From Candidatus Woesearchaeota archaeon (lineage in GTDB: Archaea; Nanobdellota; Nanobdellia; Woesearchaeales; J110): DNA of 64,000 nt. The translations under genes and the position numbers were made by a program. Positions 9,515 to 18,221 of the stretch are shown here, one piece after another. The notes under the pieces were generated by a model that was not told the origin of the DNA, searched no databases, and saw nothing but the letters and a program-made list of their open reading frames with translations. The stretch is from assembly GCA_003694805.1 (NCBI GenBank), contig RFJU01000131.1, positions 7,976-71,975 of the forward strand. The letters run 5' to 3'. Position 1 is the stretch's first letter, and every line of letters starts with the position of its first letter.

Positions 9515-10202
9515 TGTTGTTAGGATTTGTTTTGTTCTGCTCGAGTGCGTTTTTTTGTTTGAGTTTTTGGGCGAGAATAGATTCTATTTCTGTTGTGGTG
9601 AGGAAGTGCGGGTAGACTTCGCCGTCGATGATGACCGTGGGGGCCGTGGTAACGTGGTAGATTTGCTTGATGGCCCTGGTTACCGGGTTTTCCATGTTTA
9701 TGTCGTAAGGGTAGGTTCTCACGAAGGGGTATTTTCTTCTGATGTAGGTGAGGATGACTCCTTGTTGTTCGCAGGAGGGGCAGTCTCCCTTGTTGCTGTA
9801 AAAGTAGATTATGAGGGTGAGGTTATTGTTGCATTGTCTTTGTGAGCGTTGCATTAAGAGCCAGTGGCGGGCTTGGAGGAGGGAGTAGTAGTTTTTGAGG
9901 CTGACAACTTCTTTGTTGTCTTTTCCGAGTTGGTTTTCCATAAAGGTCAGTTTTTGGGAAACGTCGTAGAGTTCGTCCGTGAGCTCCCCGGTTTCTATGG
10001 CTTGGCAGGGATCTTCTGCAAAGATTGCGTATTGGATTTCTATGCCGAGGACGTCGAGGCGCAAGTCTCGTTCAAGCTCTTCTACGTGGGATAGTTTTTG
10101 TTCGGCGAAGGTATTACCGATGAAAATGCCAATAACAAATATGGCGATGGTAAGAAGGAGGGAGACGAGGTATTTGCTCTTATTAATACGCCTTCGTTGC
10201 AT
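9441..10202 (-). CDS. Membrane-anchored thioredoxin-fold thiol:disulfide oxidoreductase (DsbA-like)
   Basis: N-terminal TM LVSLLLTIAIFVIGIFIG and a CxxC motif GDCPSCEQ, with thioredoxin-like downstream strands (APTVIIDGEVY). Confidence 0.6.
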   Translation of the reverse strand: MQRRRINKSKYLVSLLLTIAIFVIGIFIGNTFAEQKLSHVEELERDLRLDVLGIEIQYAIFAEDPCQAIETGELTDELYDVSQKLTFMENQLGKDNKEVVSLKNYYSLLQARHWLLMQRSQRQCNNNLTLIIYFYSNKGDCPSCEQQGVILTYIRRKYPFVRTYPYDINMENPVTRAIKQIYHVTTAPTVIIDGEVYPHFLTTTEIESILAQKLKQKNALEQNKTNPNNNAKPQLTQTNQTRSNQNQHPPSPN

Positions 10203-10344
10203 ACTGCTTGAACGGGTTTGTTAAAAGTTTAAAAAATATTGGGTGTGAGCTGGGTGTGAGATCAGGCCTCGTGCCTGGTTGTTTTTTCGTCGTTCCCGTT
10301 CGTTCCCGTTGTTTTCTCCCCCCCCCCAACCCCCTTTGCCGTGT

Positions 10345-10416
10345 GTTGAATTGAAATCAACAGGGAAAAATTTATAAATGATGAGCGCATTCCTTGGTTG
10401 TTGATTTAAAGTCAAC
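10345..10416 (+). promoter_or_regulatory. groES-groEL promoter: TATA box TTTATAAA (10371-10378) flanked by two near-identical palindromes GTTGA-N7-TCAAC (10345-10361, 10400-10416)
   Basis: Read directly: GTTGAATTGAAATCAAC at 10345-10361, tttataaa at 10371-10378, GTTGATTTAAAGTCAAC at 10400-10416. The second palindrome sits where the TSS is expected. Confidence 0.55.
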
Positions 10417-10499
10417 GAAATGACTTGAGTTGTTTCGTGACAGGTTTCAGCAAGAAGGGTTTTCGGCAAGCTCACAAAAAAGCACGGAGGGAGAGAGCA

Positions 10500-10784
10500 A
10501 TGAAGTTTAAGCCATTAGGAGAACGAGTTTTACTCAAACCCGAAAAAGAAGAAGAAAAAACCAAGGGCGGCATCTACATTCCTGACACAGCAAAGGAGAA
10601 GAAGAAGCAGGGAGAAGTCCTTGCTGTCGGCACGTACACAAAGGGGCCGAACGCAGGAAAGCCCCTGCCGCTCTCCAAAGGCGATAAGGTGCTCTATGGC
10701 GGGTACAGCGCTGATGAAATTGAAGTTGACGGAGAAGAGTTCGTCTTCGTTGACTTCAAGGATGTTTTAGCAAAAATAGAATAA
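10500..10784 (+). CDS. groS: Co-chaperonin GroES (bacterial type)
   Basis: MKFKPLGERVLLKPEKEEEKTKGGIYIPDTAKEK...DKVLYGGYSADEIEVDGEEFVFV. GGAGG lies 9 nt upstream of ATG 10500. Confidence 0.9.
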   Translation: MKFKPLGERVLLKPEKEEEKTKGGIYIPDTAKEKKKQGEVLAVGTYTKGPNAGKPLPLSKGDKVLYGGYSADEIEVDGEEFVFVDFKDVLAKIE

Positions 10785-12488
<1,704 letters not shown>

Positions 12489-12558
12489 GCATTCAGGAAT
12501 GAACACGTGTGGTACGAACTCGTGTGGTTCGTGTCGTGACCGCCTTGCTACACCCTAA

Positions 12559-12586
12559 CTTTTTTTGTTTTTTTCTTCTCTTTGAT
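12559..12586 (+). terminator. T-rich archaeal terminator after groEL
   Basis: ctttttttgtttttttcttctcttt immediately downstream of the groEL stop. Confidence 0.45.
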
Positions 12587-12604
12587 TCTTTAGAACGATG
12601 TCCT

Positions 12605-13063
12605 TTATGCGCCGGGAGGCCCGGGGGGGCGTTGCGTGGAGGGCTGCGCGTTCTTGCTTTGATCGCTAATGCGTTCGCCGTCTTCAAAGACTTGCTCGCG
12701 AACAACTTTCCAGTTTTGGAAGGTTAGCTTGACCGTGAACGTGCTCATTTCCTGCTTTGTTTCCGTGTTCGTTTCTGTGTTGTTCGTATCATCTTGCGAG
12801 CCGGGTGCTGGTGCTTTGTAGTTGAGTGTGACATCGTAGCACCCGTTGCATTCCCTTGGTTCAACGCTGGTAACAACAAGTCCTTCCCCTCCTGCACGGT
12901 ATTGCTCTGAGGCTTTAACGTGGGCTTTTGCTAGGGCCTTGGCGCGTGCGTCAGCTTCGGGATAGACGCGTTCTTGCACCGTGTTTTGTGCACAGCTGGA
13001 AAGCACGAACAATGCAACGATGGCAATGAGGAAGATAGTCTGCATGTTTTTTGCTTTTTGCAT
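12605..13063 (-). CDS. Small lipoprotein (hypothetical)
   Basis: MQKAKNMQTIFLIAIVALFVLSSCAQN is signal peptide plus lipobox. The longer track ORF (to 13177) is an N-terminal over-extension. Confidence 0.45.
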   Translation of the reverse strand: MQKAKNMQTIFLIAIVALFVLSSCAQNTVQERVYPEADARAKALAKAHVKASEQYRAGGEGLVVTSVEPRECNGCYDVTLNYKAPAPGSQDDTNNTETNTETKQEMSTFTVKLTFQNWKVVREQVFEDGERISDQSKNAQPSTQRPPGPPGA

Positions 13064-13337
13064 GGTGTTTTGCACCTCTCGCGTAGTTGTTCTTGCGGGA
13101 AGGGATGTGCGTGAAGTATTTAAAACCTCTGAGGGACGAGCCTTGGGTGTGACGAGAGCGCATGGACAAGAGCGCATGCGCCAACAGCACTACAGCACAC
13201 CGCCCTGGCAGGAGAAAAAAAGCAAAAGAGAAGGAAGAGGAGCGCTTGAGAAGAAGGTTATAAAAAAAAGAGAAAATAAAAAAGAGAAAAAAAGCCCTGT
13301 GCGTGCTGGTATGGCCTGCACAAGCCAGTTTGTTTCT

Positions 13338-13517
13338 TTACTGCTTCGACTTGTGTTTGTGAAGCAAGGTTAGGCCCACCAGGATTAAAAATACAGGCCA
13401 CCAAGGCAGCGCCGTAAACACCCAGGCGAACGCTCGTGGCACCCATGTTGCCAGAGCGTAGAGGACTCCTACGATAATCCAGACGTATGCTATCCACGAA
13501 CAATCTTTCTGTTTCAT
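13338..13517 (-). CDS. Possible small 2-TM membrane protein (59 aa), not in ORF track
   Basis: Manual translation gives MKQKDCSWIAYVWIIVGVLYALATWVPRAFAWVFTALPWWPVFLILVGLTLLHKHKSKQ*, with an ATG start and two hydrophobic helices. Confidence 0.3.
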   Translation of the reverse strand: MKQKDCSWIAYVWIIVGVLYALATWVPRAFAWVFTALPWWPVFLILVGLTLLHKHKSKQ

Positions 13518-13689
13518 TCACTCACCCCCTTTTTTTAAGAGGCGCTTCTTTCGCGCGCCGTAGTTGTTATAACTCTTGGTTATGACGTTAAACGCCACTT
13601 ATTGGCTTTACAAAACACTGCCATTTAAAAATATTGTGGAAAGAACGGGCTGGGAAGAGCAGGTTTGGAAGAATTTGCGGGGGCGGCAC

Positions 13690-15045
13690 TTATTGTTTCG
13701 TGACGGTGAGGCCGAGTTCGTCGAGTTGTGCTTTGCTCACCTTGGAGGGTGCCTGAAGCATCATGTCTTCTGCATCTTTGTTCTTAGGAAAGGCGATGAC
13801 TTCGCGGATGCTCTCTTCCCCTACGAGGAGCATGGCGAAGCGGTCAAGACCGAACGCGATGCCGCCGAGTGGGGGGTTGCCGTATTGCATTGCATCGAGG
13901 AGGAAGCCGAATTTTTCTTTTGCTTCATCTTCGTTGATGCCGAGGAGCTTGAAAACACGCATTTGGGTGTTGTAATCAAAGATTCTGAGACTTCCTCCTG
14001 CTATTTCGTTGCCGTTCAGGACGAGGTCATACGCGCGTGCTAGGATTTTTGCAGGGTCTTTCTCCTCAAGGTTCTGGGGGAGGGTGAACGGGTGGTGCAT
14101 GGCTTTGTAGCGTCCTTCTTCTTCGCTGTACTCGAACATGGGAAAGTTAATAATCCAGCTGAAGTGGAAGTCTTCACCAGGGGCGCGCAGATCTGGGCGG
14201 TCCGTGCCGTGTTGTTTCATAACGTCTGCGTAGTTGAGACGTTCAAAAGGGATGGCGATGTCGACGCCGAGGACGTGTTTGAAGACGTGTTGTATCATGC
14301 GTTCGATGACGTCGAAGAGGTCGTCTTCTTCAATGAAGCTCATTTCCATGTCAATTTGGGTGAATTCTGGCTGGCGGTCTGCTCTGAGGTCTTCGTCCCG
14401 AAAGCACCGGACGATTTGGAAATATTTGTCGTACCCTGCGATCATGAGCAGTTGCTTGAAGAGTTGGGGGCTTTGTGGAAGGGCGTAGAATGTTCCTTTG
14501 TGTATTCTACTGGGTACGAGGTAGTCCCTGGCGCCTTCGGGTGTGCTTTTGGCAAGGAACGGCGTTTCTATTTCGAGGAATCCTTCCTTGTCGAGGAAGG
14601 TTCTGACGGCTGTTGTGAGCTTATGCCTGAGGGCGAGGTTGCGTTGGAGACGGGGTTTTCTGAGGTCGAGGTAGCGATACGTGAGGCGGGTTTCTTCTGT
14701 TGAAGTTATGTTTTCGTCAAGTTCCATGGGGAGTGCTTTTGCTTGGCTGAGGACGGTTAGTTTTGTCGCGGCAACTTCCACTGCTCCCGTGGCGAGTTTG
14801 GGGTTCGGGCTTGGCTTCTCCTTGACCGTGCCTTCAACGGTTATGACGCTCTCCCTCTTGAGATTTTTGAGATCTGGCAGGAAGGTTTCGTCAAAGAATA
14901 CTTGGGTGGTTCCGTAGCGGTCGCGGAGGTTGAGAAAGGCGAATTTTTTCATGATTTTGAGGGTGTCAACCCAGCCGGAGAGGATTACTTGCTTGCCTGC
15001 ATCCCCTTTGCGCAGCTCGCCGCACGTATGTGTTCGGTACGCCAT
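13690..15045 (-). CDS. aspS: Aspartyl-tRNA synthetase, bacterial-type core but lacking the GAD insertion domain
   Basis: Class II motifs QSPQLFKQLLM and FRDEDLRADRQPEFTQID. ...DRPDLRAPGEDFHFSWIINFPMFE joins directly where bacterial AspRS carries the ~130-aa GAD domain. A TATA-like 'gttatttaaat' lies ~30 nt upstream. Confidence 0.9.
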   Translation of the reverse strand: MAYRTHTCGELRKGDAGKQVILSGWVDTLKIMKKFAFLNLRDRYGTTQVFFDETFLPDLKNLKRESVITVEGTVKEKPSPNPKLATGAVEVAATKLTVLSQAKALPMELDENITSTEETRLTYRYLDLRKPRLQRNLALRHKLTTAVRTFLDKEGFLEIETPFLAKSTPEGARDYLVPSRIHKGTFYALPQSPQLFKQLLMIAGYDKYFQIVRCFRDEDLRADRQPEFTQIDMEMSFIEEDDLFDVIERMIQHVFKHVLGVDIAIPFERLNYADVMKQHGTDRPDLRAPGEDFHFSWIINFPMFEYSEEEGRYKAMHHPFTLPQNLEEKDPAKILARAYDLVLNGNEIAGGSLRIFDYNTQMRVFKLLGINEDEAKEKFGFLLDAMQYGNPPLGGIAFGLDRFAMLLVGEESIREVIAFPKNKDAEDMMLQAPSKVSKAQLDELGLTVTKQ

Positions 15046-15176
15046 CGTTCTGTTGGGTGGCGAAAGAAAAAGAGTTATTTAAATCTTGTGTGCGTTGAGA
15101 TGCTTGGGCGGGTTGGCCGTTGTAGCGTGTGCTGAGCGGGGTTGGGACTGAGAGACGGAAGGATGAAGGGCGCTTC

Positions 15177-15339
15177 TGCGCCTGCCGGGACTTTCGCCTC
15201 TGGGAGCTTTGCACTGGGTTTTCGGGACGAGGTCCGCTTTGGCGTTCCGCCGTCCTTTCGCTTCGTACAAAATCCCTTCGATTCGAACCCGGGTAGCGAG
15301 CTTGGGAAGCTCGAATCATAGCCACTAGATCACAGGCGC
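15177..15339 (-). tRNA. tRNA-Gly(CCC) interrupted by a ~91-nt intron in the T-arm (exon 1 ~15280..15339, exon 2 ~15177..15189); no encoded CCA
   Basis: Reverse-complement reading gives GCGCCUG-UG-AUCU-AGUGGCUA-UGAU-U-CGAGC-UUCCCAA-GCUCG-CUAC-CCGGG-UUCGAAU-C, then 91 nt, then CCGG-CAGGCGC-A. The acceptor stem GCGCCUG/CAGGCGC is a perfect 7 bp. The anticodon stem is CGAGC/GCUCG with loop UUCCCAA. The T-stem CCGGG/CCCGG can be completed only by joining across the insert. Confidence 0.7.
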
Positions 15340-15421
15340 GAACCCCTCTCCTTCCTGGCCTCTCTTTGTCATCGTCGTGTTTGCTCTGTGCGGGGGCTGC
15401 TCTGGTTGAGTGGCGTTGTAT

Positions 15422-16090
15422 TTATGAATTTTTTGCAAAGGCAATGCCTTCTTGAGTGATGGTGAATGATCCTGTCTTGGGGGGGAGGGCTCTGCTCTTG
15501 CGCAGGTGAAAGAGCGTTTTTTCTTTGGTTTTTTCTAGTTCTATGAGACATTTGCAGCTGTACTTGACGATTTCTCCTCCGACGATTTTGGTGGTTTCTT
15601 TGTTATTGAAGTCGGGGTAGACTTGGGTTGTGATTATCACCGGTATTTGGTCTCTTCTTGCTATTTCTACAAGGTAGCTGAGCTGGAGGCCGAGGGCCCT
15701 GCTGGGGAGGTAGGGGTCTTTTGCCTTGCTGAGTTCGAGGCGGTAGAGGGCGCCTATGGAGTCTACGACGATGAGGGCGGTGTTCTTGCTTGCCATGAGT
15801 CGTATGGCATCGATGGCTTTTCGCTGGTCTGCGAAGGTTGTTGGCTTGAAGAAGGTGATGCGGTTGAGGGAGTCTTCAAAGTCTGGGTTGACTTGTTTGA
15901 ATCGTTCAAGGCTGAAGCCGCCCTCTGTGTCAAGCCAGAGTATGGTTCCTGTTTTTTGTGCTGCGGCGCAGATGAGGAGGAGGTTTGTCTTGCCGCTCCC
16001 GGCGGGACCGTAGATGGCGGTGACAATGTCTTTTTCGTAGCCTCCCCCAAGGAAGTCATCAAGGTCCTTATTTCCAGAGGTGATGCGCAT
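15422..16090 (-). CDS. radB: RadB (archaeal RadA paralog, KaiC/RecA-like ATPase)
   Basis: MRITSGNKDLDDFLGGGYEKDIVTAIYGPAGSGKTNLLL... is a Walker A motif within a short RecA fold of ~223 aa. The track ORF extends 157 low-complexity codons further upstream, which was rejected. Confidence 0.8.
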   Translation of the reverse strand: MRITSGNKDLDDFLGGGYEKDIVTAIYGPAGSGKTNLLLICAAAQKTGTILWLDTEGGFSLERFKQVNPDFEDSLNRITFFKPTTFADQRKAIDAIRLMASKNTALIVVDSIGALYRLELSKAKDPYLPSRALGLQLSYLVEIARRDQIPVIITTQVYPDFNNKETTKIVGGEIVKYSCKCLIELEKTKEKTLFHLRKSRALPPKTGSFTITQEGIAFAKNS

Positions 16091-16128
16091 TATTGCTTTT
16101 GGAAGAAGGCGATGTTTCTTTAAATGAG

Positions 16129-16533
16129 TTATGGGGTTGCTTCCGGAACAGTGTGAAAAAGCGTGTTCAGGCCTTGTTTGAGTGTTTTCTTGTCTGCGAT
16201 GGTGTTGTGATGATACGGACTGATTGCCCAATATTGATTGTGGCGGGGGTTGACAAAGAAGATTTTGAGCGAGGCGTGAGTGGTGAAGTCGTTCCAGTGT
16301 TTTATGAGGAATTGAAGGTTTTCTTTGGTGTTGCGTGTTACGATGGTTTGGTTTTGGGCAGTATCGAGTTCTTTTATTACTTCTTGGTTGAGCCGCTCTC
16401 TGATGAGATAGGTGGTGGTGCGGTCTGTGAAGGTGAAGGTTATTTTGTTTTTTTCTTCCCTGATGTCGCGCAGGGTTCTGAAGATGAGGTCGCGAGCTTG
16501 AACATAGGTTACTGTCCATTCTTGCAGGTTCAT
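16129..16533 (-). CDS. Hypothetical protein (134 aa)
   Basis: MNLQEWTVTYVQARDLIFRTLRDIREEKNKITFTF... Its ATG overlaps the stop of the upstream gene (ATGA-type coupling). The longer track ORF is a His/Pro/Arg-rich extension. Confidence 0.5.
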   Translation of the reverse strand: MNLQEWTVTYVQARDLIFRTLRDIREEKNKITFTFTDRTTTYLIRERLNQEVIKELDTAQNQTIVTRNTKENLQFLIKHWNDFTTHASLKIFFVNPRHNQYWAISPYHHNTIADKKTLKQGLNTLFHTVPEATP

Positions 16534-17018
16534 GGTTCGTCCTCGTGTAAGTGTGCTGCATAGAGAGTGGGCACTAGTGTGGCGGTAAAGAACAGCGCTG
16601 CAACGATGATGAGGGGGGGCTGCGAGAAGAGCATGAACGTGCGTAGTTTGTGGAGAAGCAGTGCGAGCATTGCGCTGCTTGCAAGGGTGATTGCTGTGAT
16701 GGTGATTGTTGTTTTGGCGTTGTTGTCTTTGAAGTGGAGGATGGTGCCGGTGATGAAGAGGCCTGCCATGAAGCCCAGTATTGCTGTGAAGAAGAGGGAG
16801 GGCGGGGGAGGGAGGAGGAAGTGAACGATGAGGACGAGGATGATTGCGTTTACGTGTGCCGCTGCTGCAATGAGGAGTTGAGCATAGGGGAATGTTTTTT
16901 CTATACCCTTGAGTACAGCGTGTTTTTTTCGTTCGGCTTTTTGGATGATTCGTTTGGCATGGCGAATTTCGTGGGGGCGCCATCCTTTCCTGGCCAGTTT
17001 GTGCTCATCGATGTGCAT
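16530..17018 (-). CDS. Membrane protein (about 4 TM), hypothetical
   Basis: MHIDEHKLARKGWRPHEIRHAKRIIQ... is followed by hydrophobic segments. The promoter motif AACACAACCTATTTAAAC lies immediately upstream on the minus strand. Confidence 0.5.
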   Translation of the reverse strand: MHIDEHKLARKGWRPHEIRHAKRIIQKAERKKHAVLKGIEKTFPYAQLLIAAAAHVNAIILVLIVHFLLPPPPSLFFTAILGFMAGLFITGTILHFKDNNAKTTITITAITLASSAMLALLLHKLRTFMLFSQPPLIIVAALFFTATLVPTLYAAHLHEDEP

Positions 17019-17034
17019 GGAGCAATACTCCCTC

Positions 17035-18135
17035 TCACGTTTGTTTAAATAGGTTGTGTTGGTGGGCGAATTCTGTGAGTGTCGAGAGCAGGTCTTGGTA
17101 TACAAGGATTCCTGATTGGTTTTTGAGTGTGATGATGGGGGATTCTCCGTAGACCTGCATTGCTTTTTCGTACGTGGCGACGAAACGGAGATGGCTGAGG
17201 GTGAAGAGGTGTCGGAGAGGGGTTTGGAGGGTCATGAGTATGGCGTGGACAGCGTGAAGTCCGATGTCGTAGGAAGCAGTGTGGGAGACTTCTTTCCACC
17301 TGGCGAGGCGGTTGATGAATGCTTTTTGGTTTGCTTGGACGTCTCCTGCCTTGATTCCAGCGTTGAGTTCGTATGTTCGTTGTCGGAGAAGAGCGTTTAG
17401 TTCGTCGCGTACTTGCTTTGCTTTTTCTTCTGCGAGGAGGTAGAGGTATGAGAAATCTGCGTGGGTGAATGCGATTTTTCCCGATTCTTCTCTGTCGATG
17501 AACCTCGCAAGCCCTTCTGCAAAGATGTTGATGAAGAAGTGGGTGATAAGCATTCTAAGCTGGTCGATGCCGTGTTCTCTCCACTTGGCGGGATCGTTTG
17601 GGATATGTTCTTGCACATGCCGGGTCAGGCGGGGAAGTATGTTTTTGAGGCTACCTAGTATTCCGTGAAAGTAATGGGCGAGGTGGGTGCACTCGTGGAT
17701 TACTTTTTGTTTCGTGAGAAGGGTGACGTCGTGGAGGTACGCGTTCGTGTTGTCAGGGTTTGAGAAGAATTTTTGTTTGAATTGTTTTTTTGTTAGTTCT
17801 TCTCGTGGAACGTTTATGGTGTGTGTTCTGAGGATGTTGGCGATGGCGCGTTCTTCGATATCTCGTGCTGCAATGTGAATGGCGAGGAGTCCTTGTTCGA
17901 CTTCTTTTTGATAGACGCAGGCAACGCCCTTTGATTGGAAGTGGCTGCGAAGGTAGTCTTCCAAGATGAACGTGAGCGCGGGGAGGGTTGTTGCGATCTT
18001 GGAGGTTGCTGCTGCGCTTCTCGCCGCGTTGGTTATGGCTTGGATGGTTATGGCTTGTGCTGAGCTTTTGTTGATAAAAGTGATGGTGCGTCCGTCTCGG
18101 AGCGTGTGGTGTGTTTTTGAGCTGAAAAACCCCAT
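17035..18135 (-). CDS. Putative Zn-dependent metalloprotease-like protein (HExxH motif)
   Basis: VIHECTHLAHYFHG contains an HExxH motif. No further family assignment is possible. Confidence 0.5.
   Translation of the reverse strand: MGFFSSKTHHTLRDGRTITFINKSSAQAITIQAITNAARSAAATSKIATTLPALTFILEDYLRSHFQSKGVACVYQKEVEQGLLAIHIAARDIEERAIANILRTHTINVPREELTKKQFKQKFFSNPDNTNAYLHDVTLLTKQKVIHECTHLAHYFHGILGSLKNILPRLTRHVQEHIPNDPAKWREHGIDQLRMLITHFFINIFAEGLARFIDREESGKIAFTHADFSYLYLLAEEKAKQVRDELNALLRQRTYELNAGIKAGDVQANQKAFINRLARWKEVSHTASYDIGLHAVHAILMTLQTPLRHLFTLSHLRFVATYEKAMQVYGESPIITLKNQSGILVYQDLLSTLTEFAHQHNLFKQT
17044..17060 (-). promoter_or_regulatory. Conserved promoter element AACACAACCTATTTAAA (BRE/TATA) upstream of minus-strand gene starting at 17018
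   Basis: An identical 17-mer recurs at 20784-20800 upstream of gyrA, and a related TATTTAAATAGG occurs at 34925-34938. Confidence 0.5.
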
Positions 18136-18221
18136 TGATTAGTTTGACGGGTCGGGTGCATTTAAACTTTTTGAAAAGAAGATGGTGAAGAAAGGGATTG
18201 TTGGTTGTTTTCGCGTTGGAG

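Noticed and set aside
14966-15325. ORFs 14966..15325 and 15079..15270 (minus)
   Set aside because: They overlap the tRNA-Gly exons and intron and the aspS promoter, they are low-complexity, and they are not coding.
16091-16561. 157-codon N-terminal extension of RadB in track ORF 15422..16561
   Set aside because: The extension is His/Arg/Gln/Pro-rich low complexity, and the RecA fold begins cleanly at MRITSGNKDLDD (ATG 16090). It also overlaps the next gene's coding region.
16534-16983. N-terminal extension of ORF 16129..16983 (284 aa) and similar extensions of 6220..8160, 12605..13177 and 56028..56684
   Set aside because: The extensions are Pro/His/Arg/Thr-rich and overlap neighbouring genes. 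Internal ATGs with signal peptides, SD sites or ATGA coupling give compact, sensible proteins.
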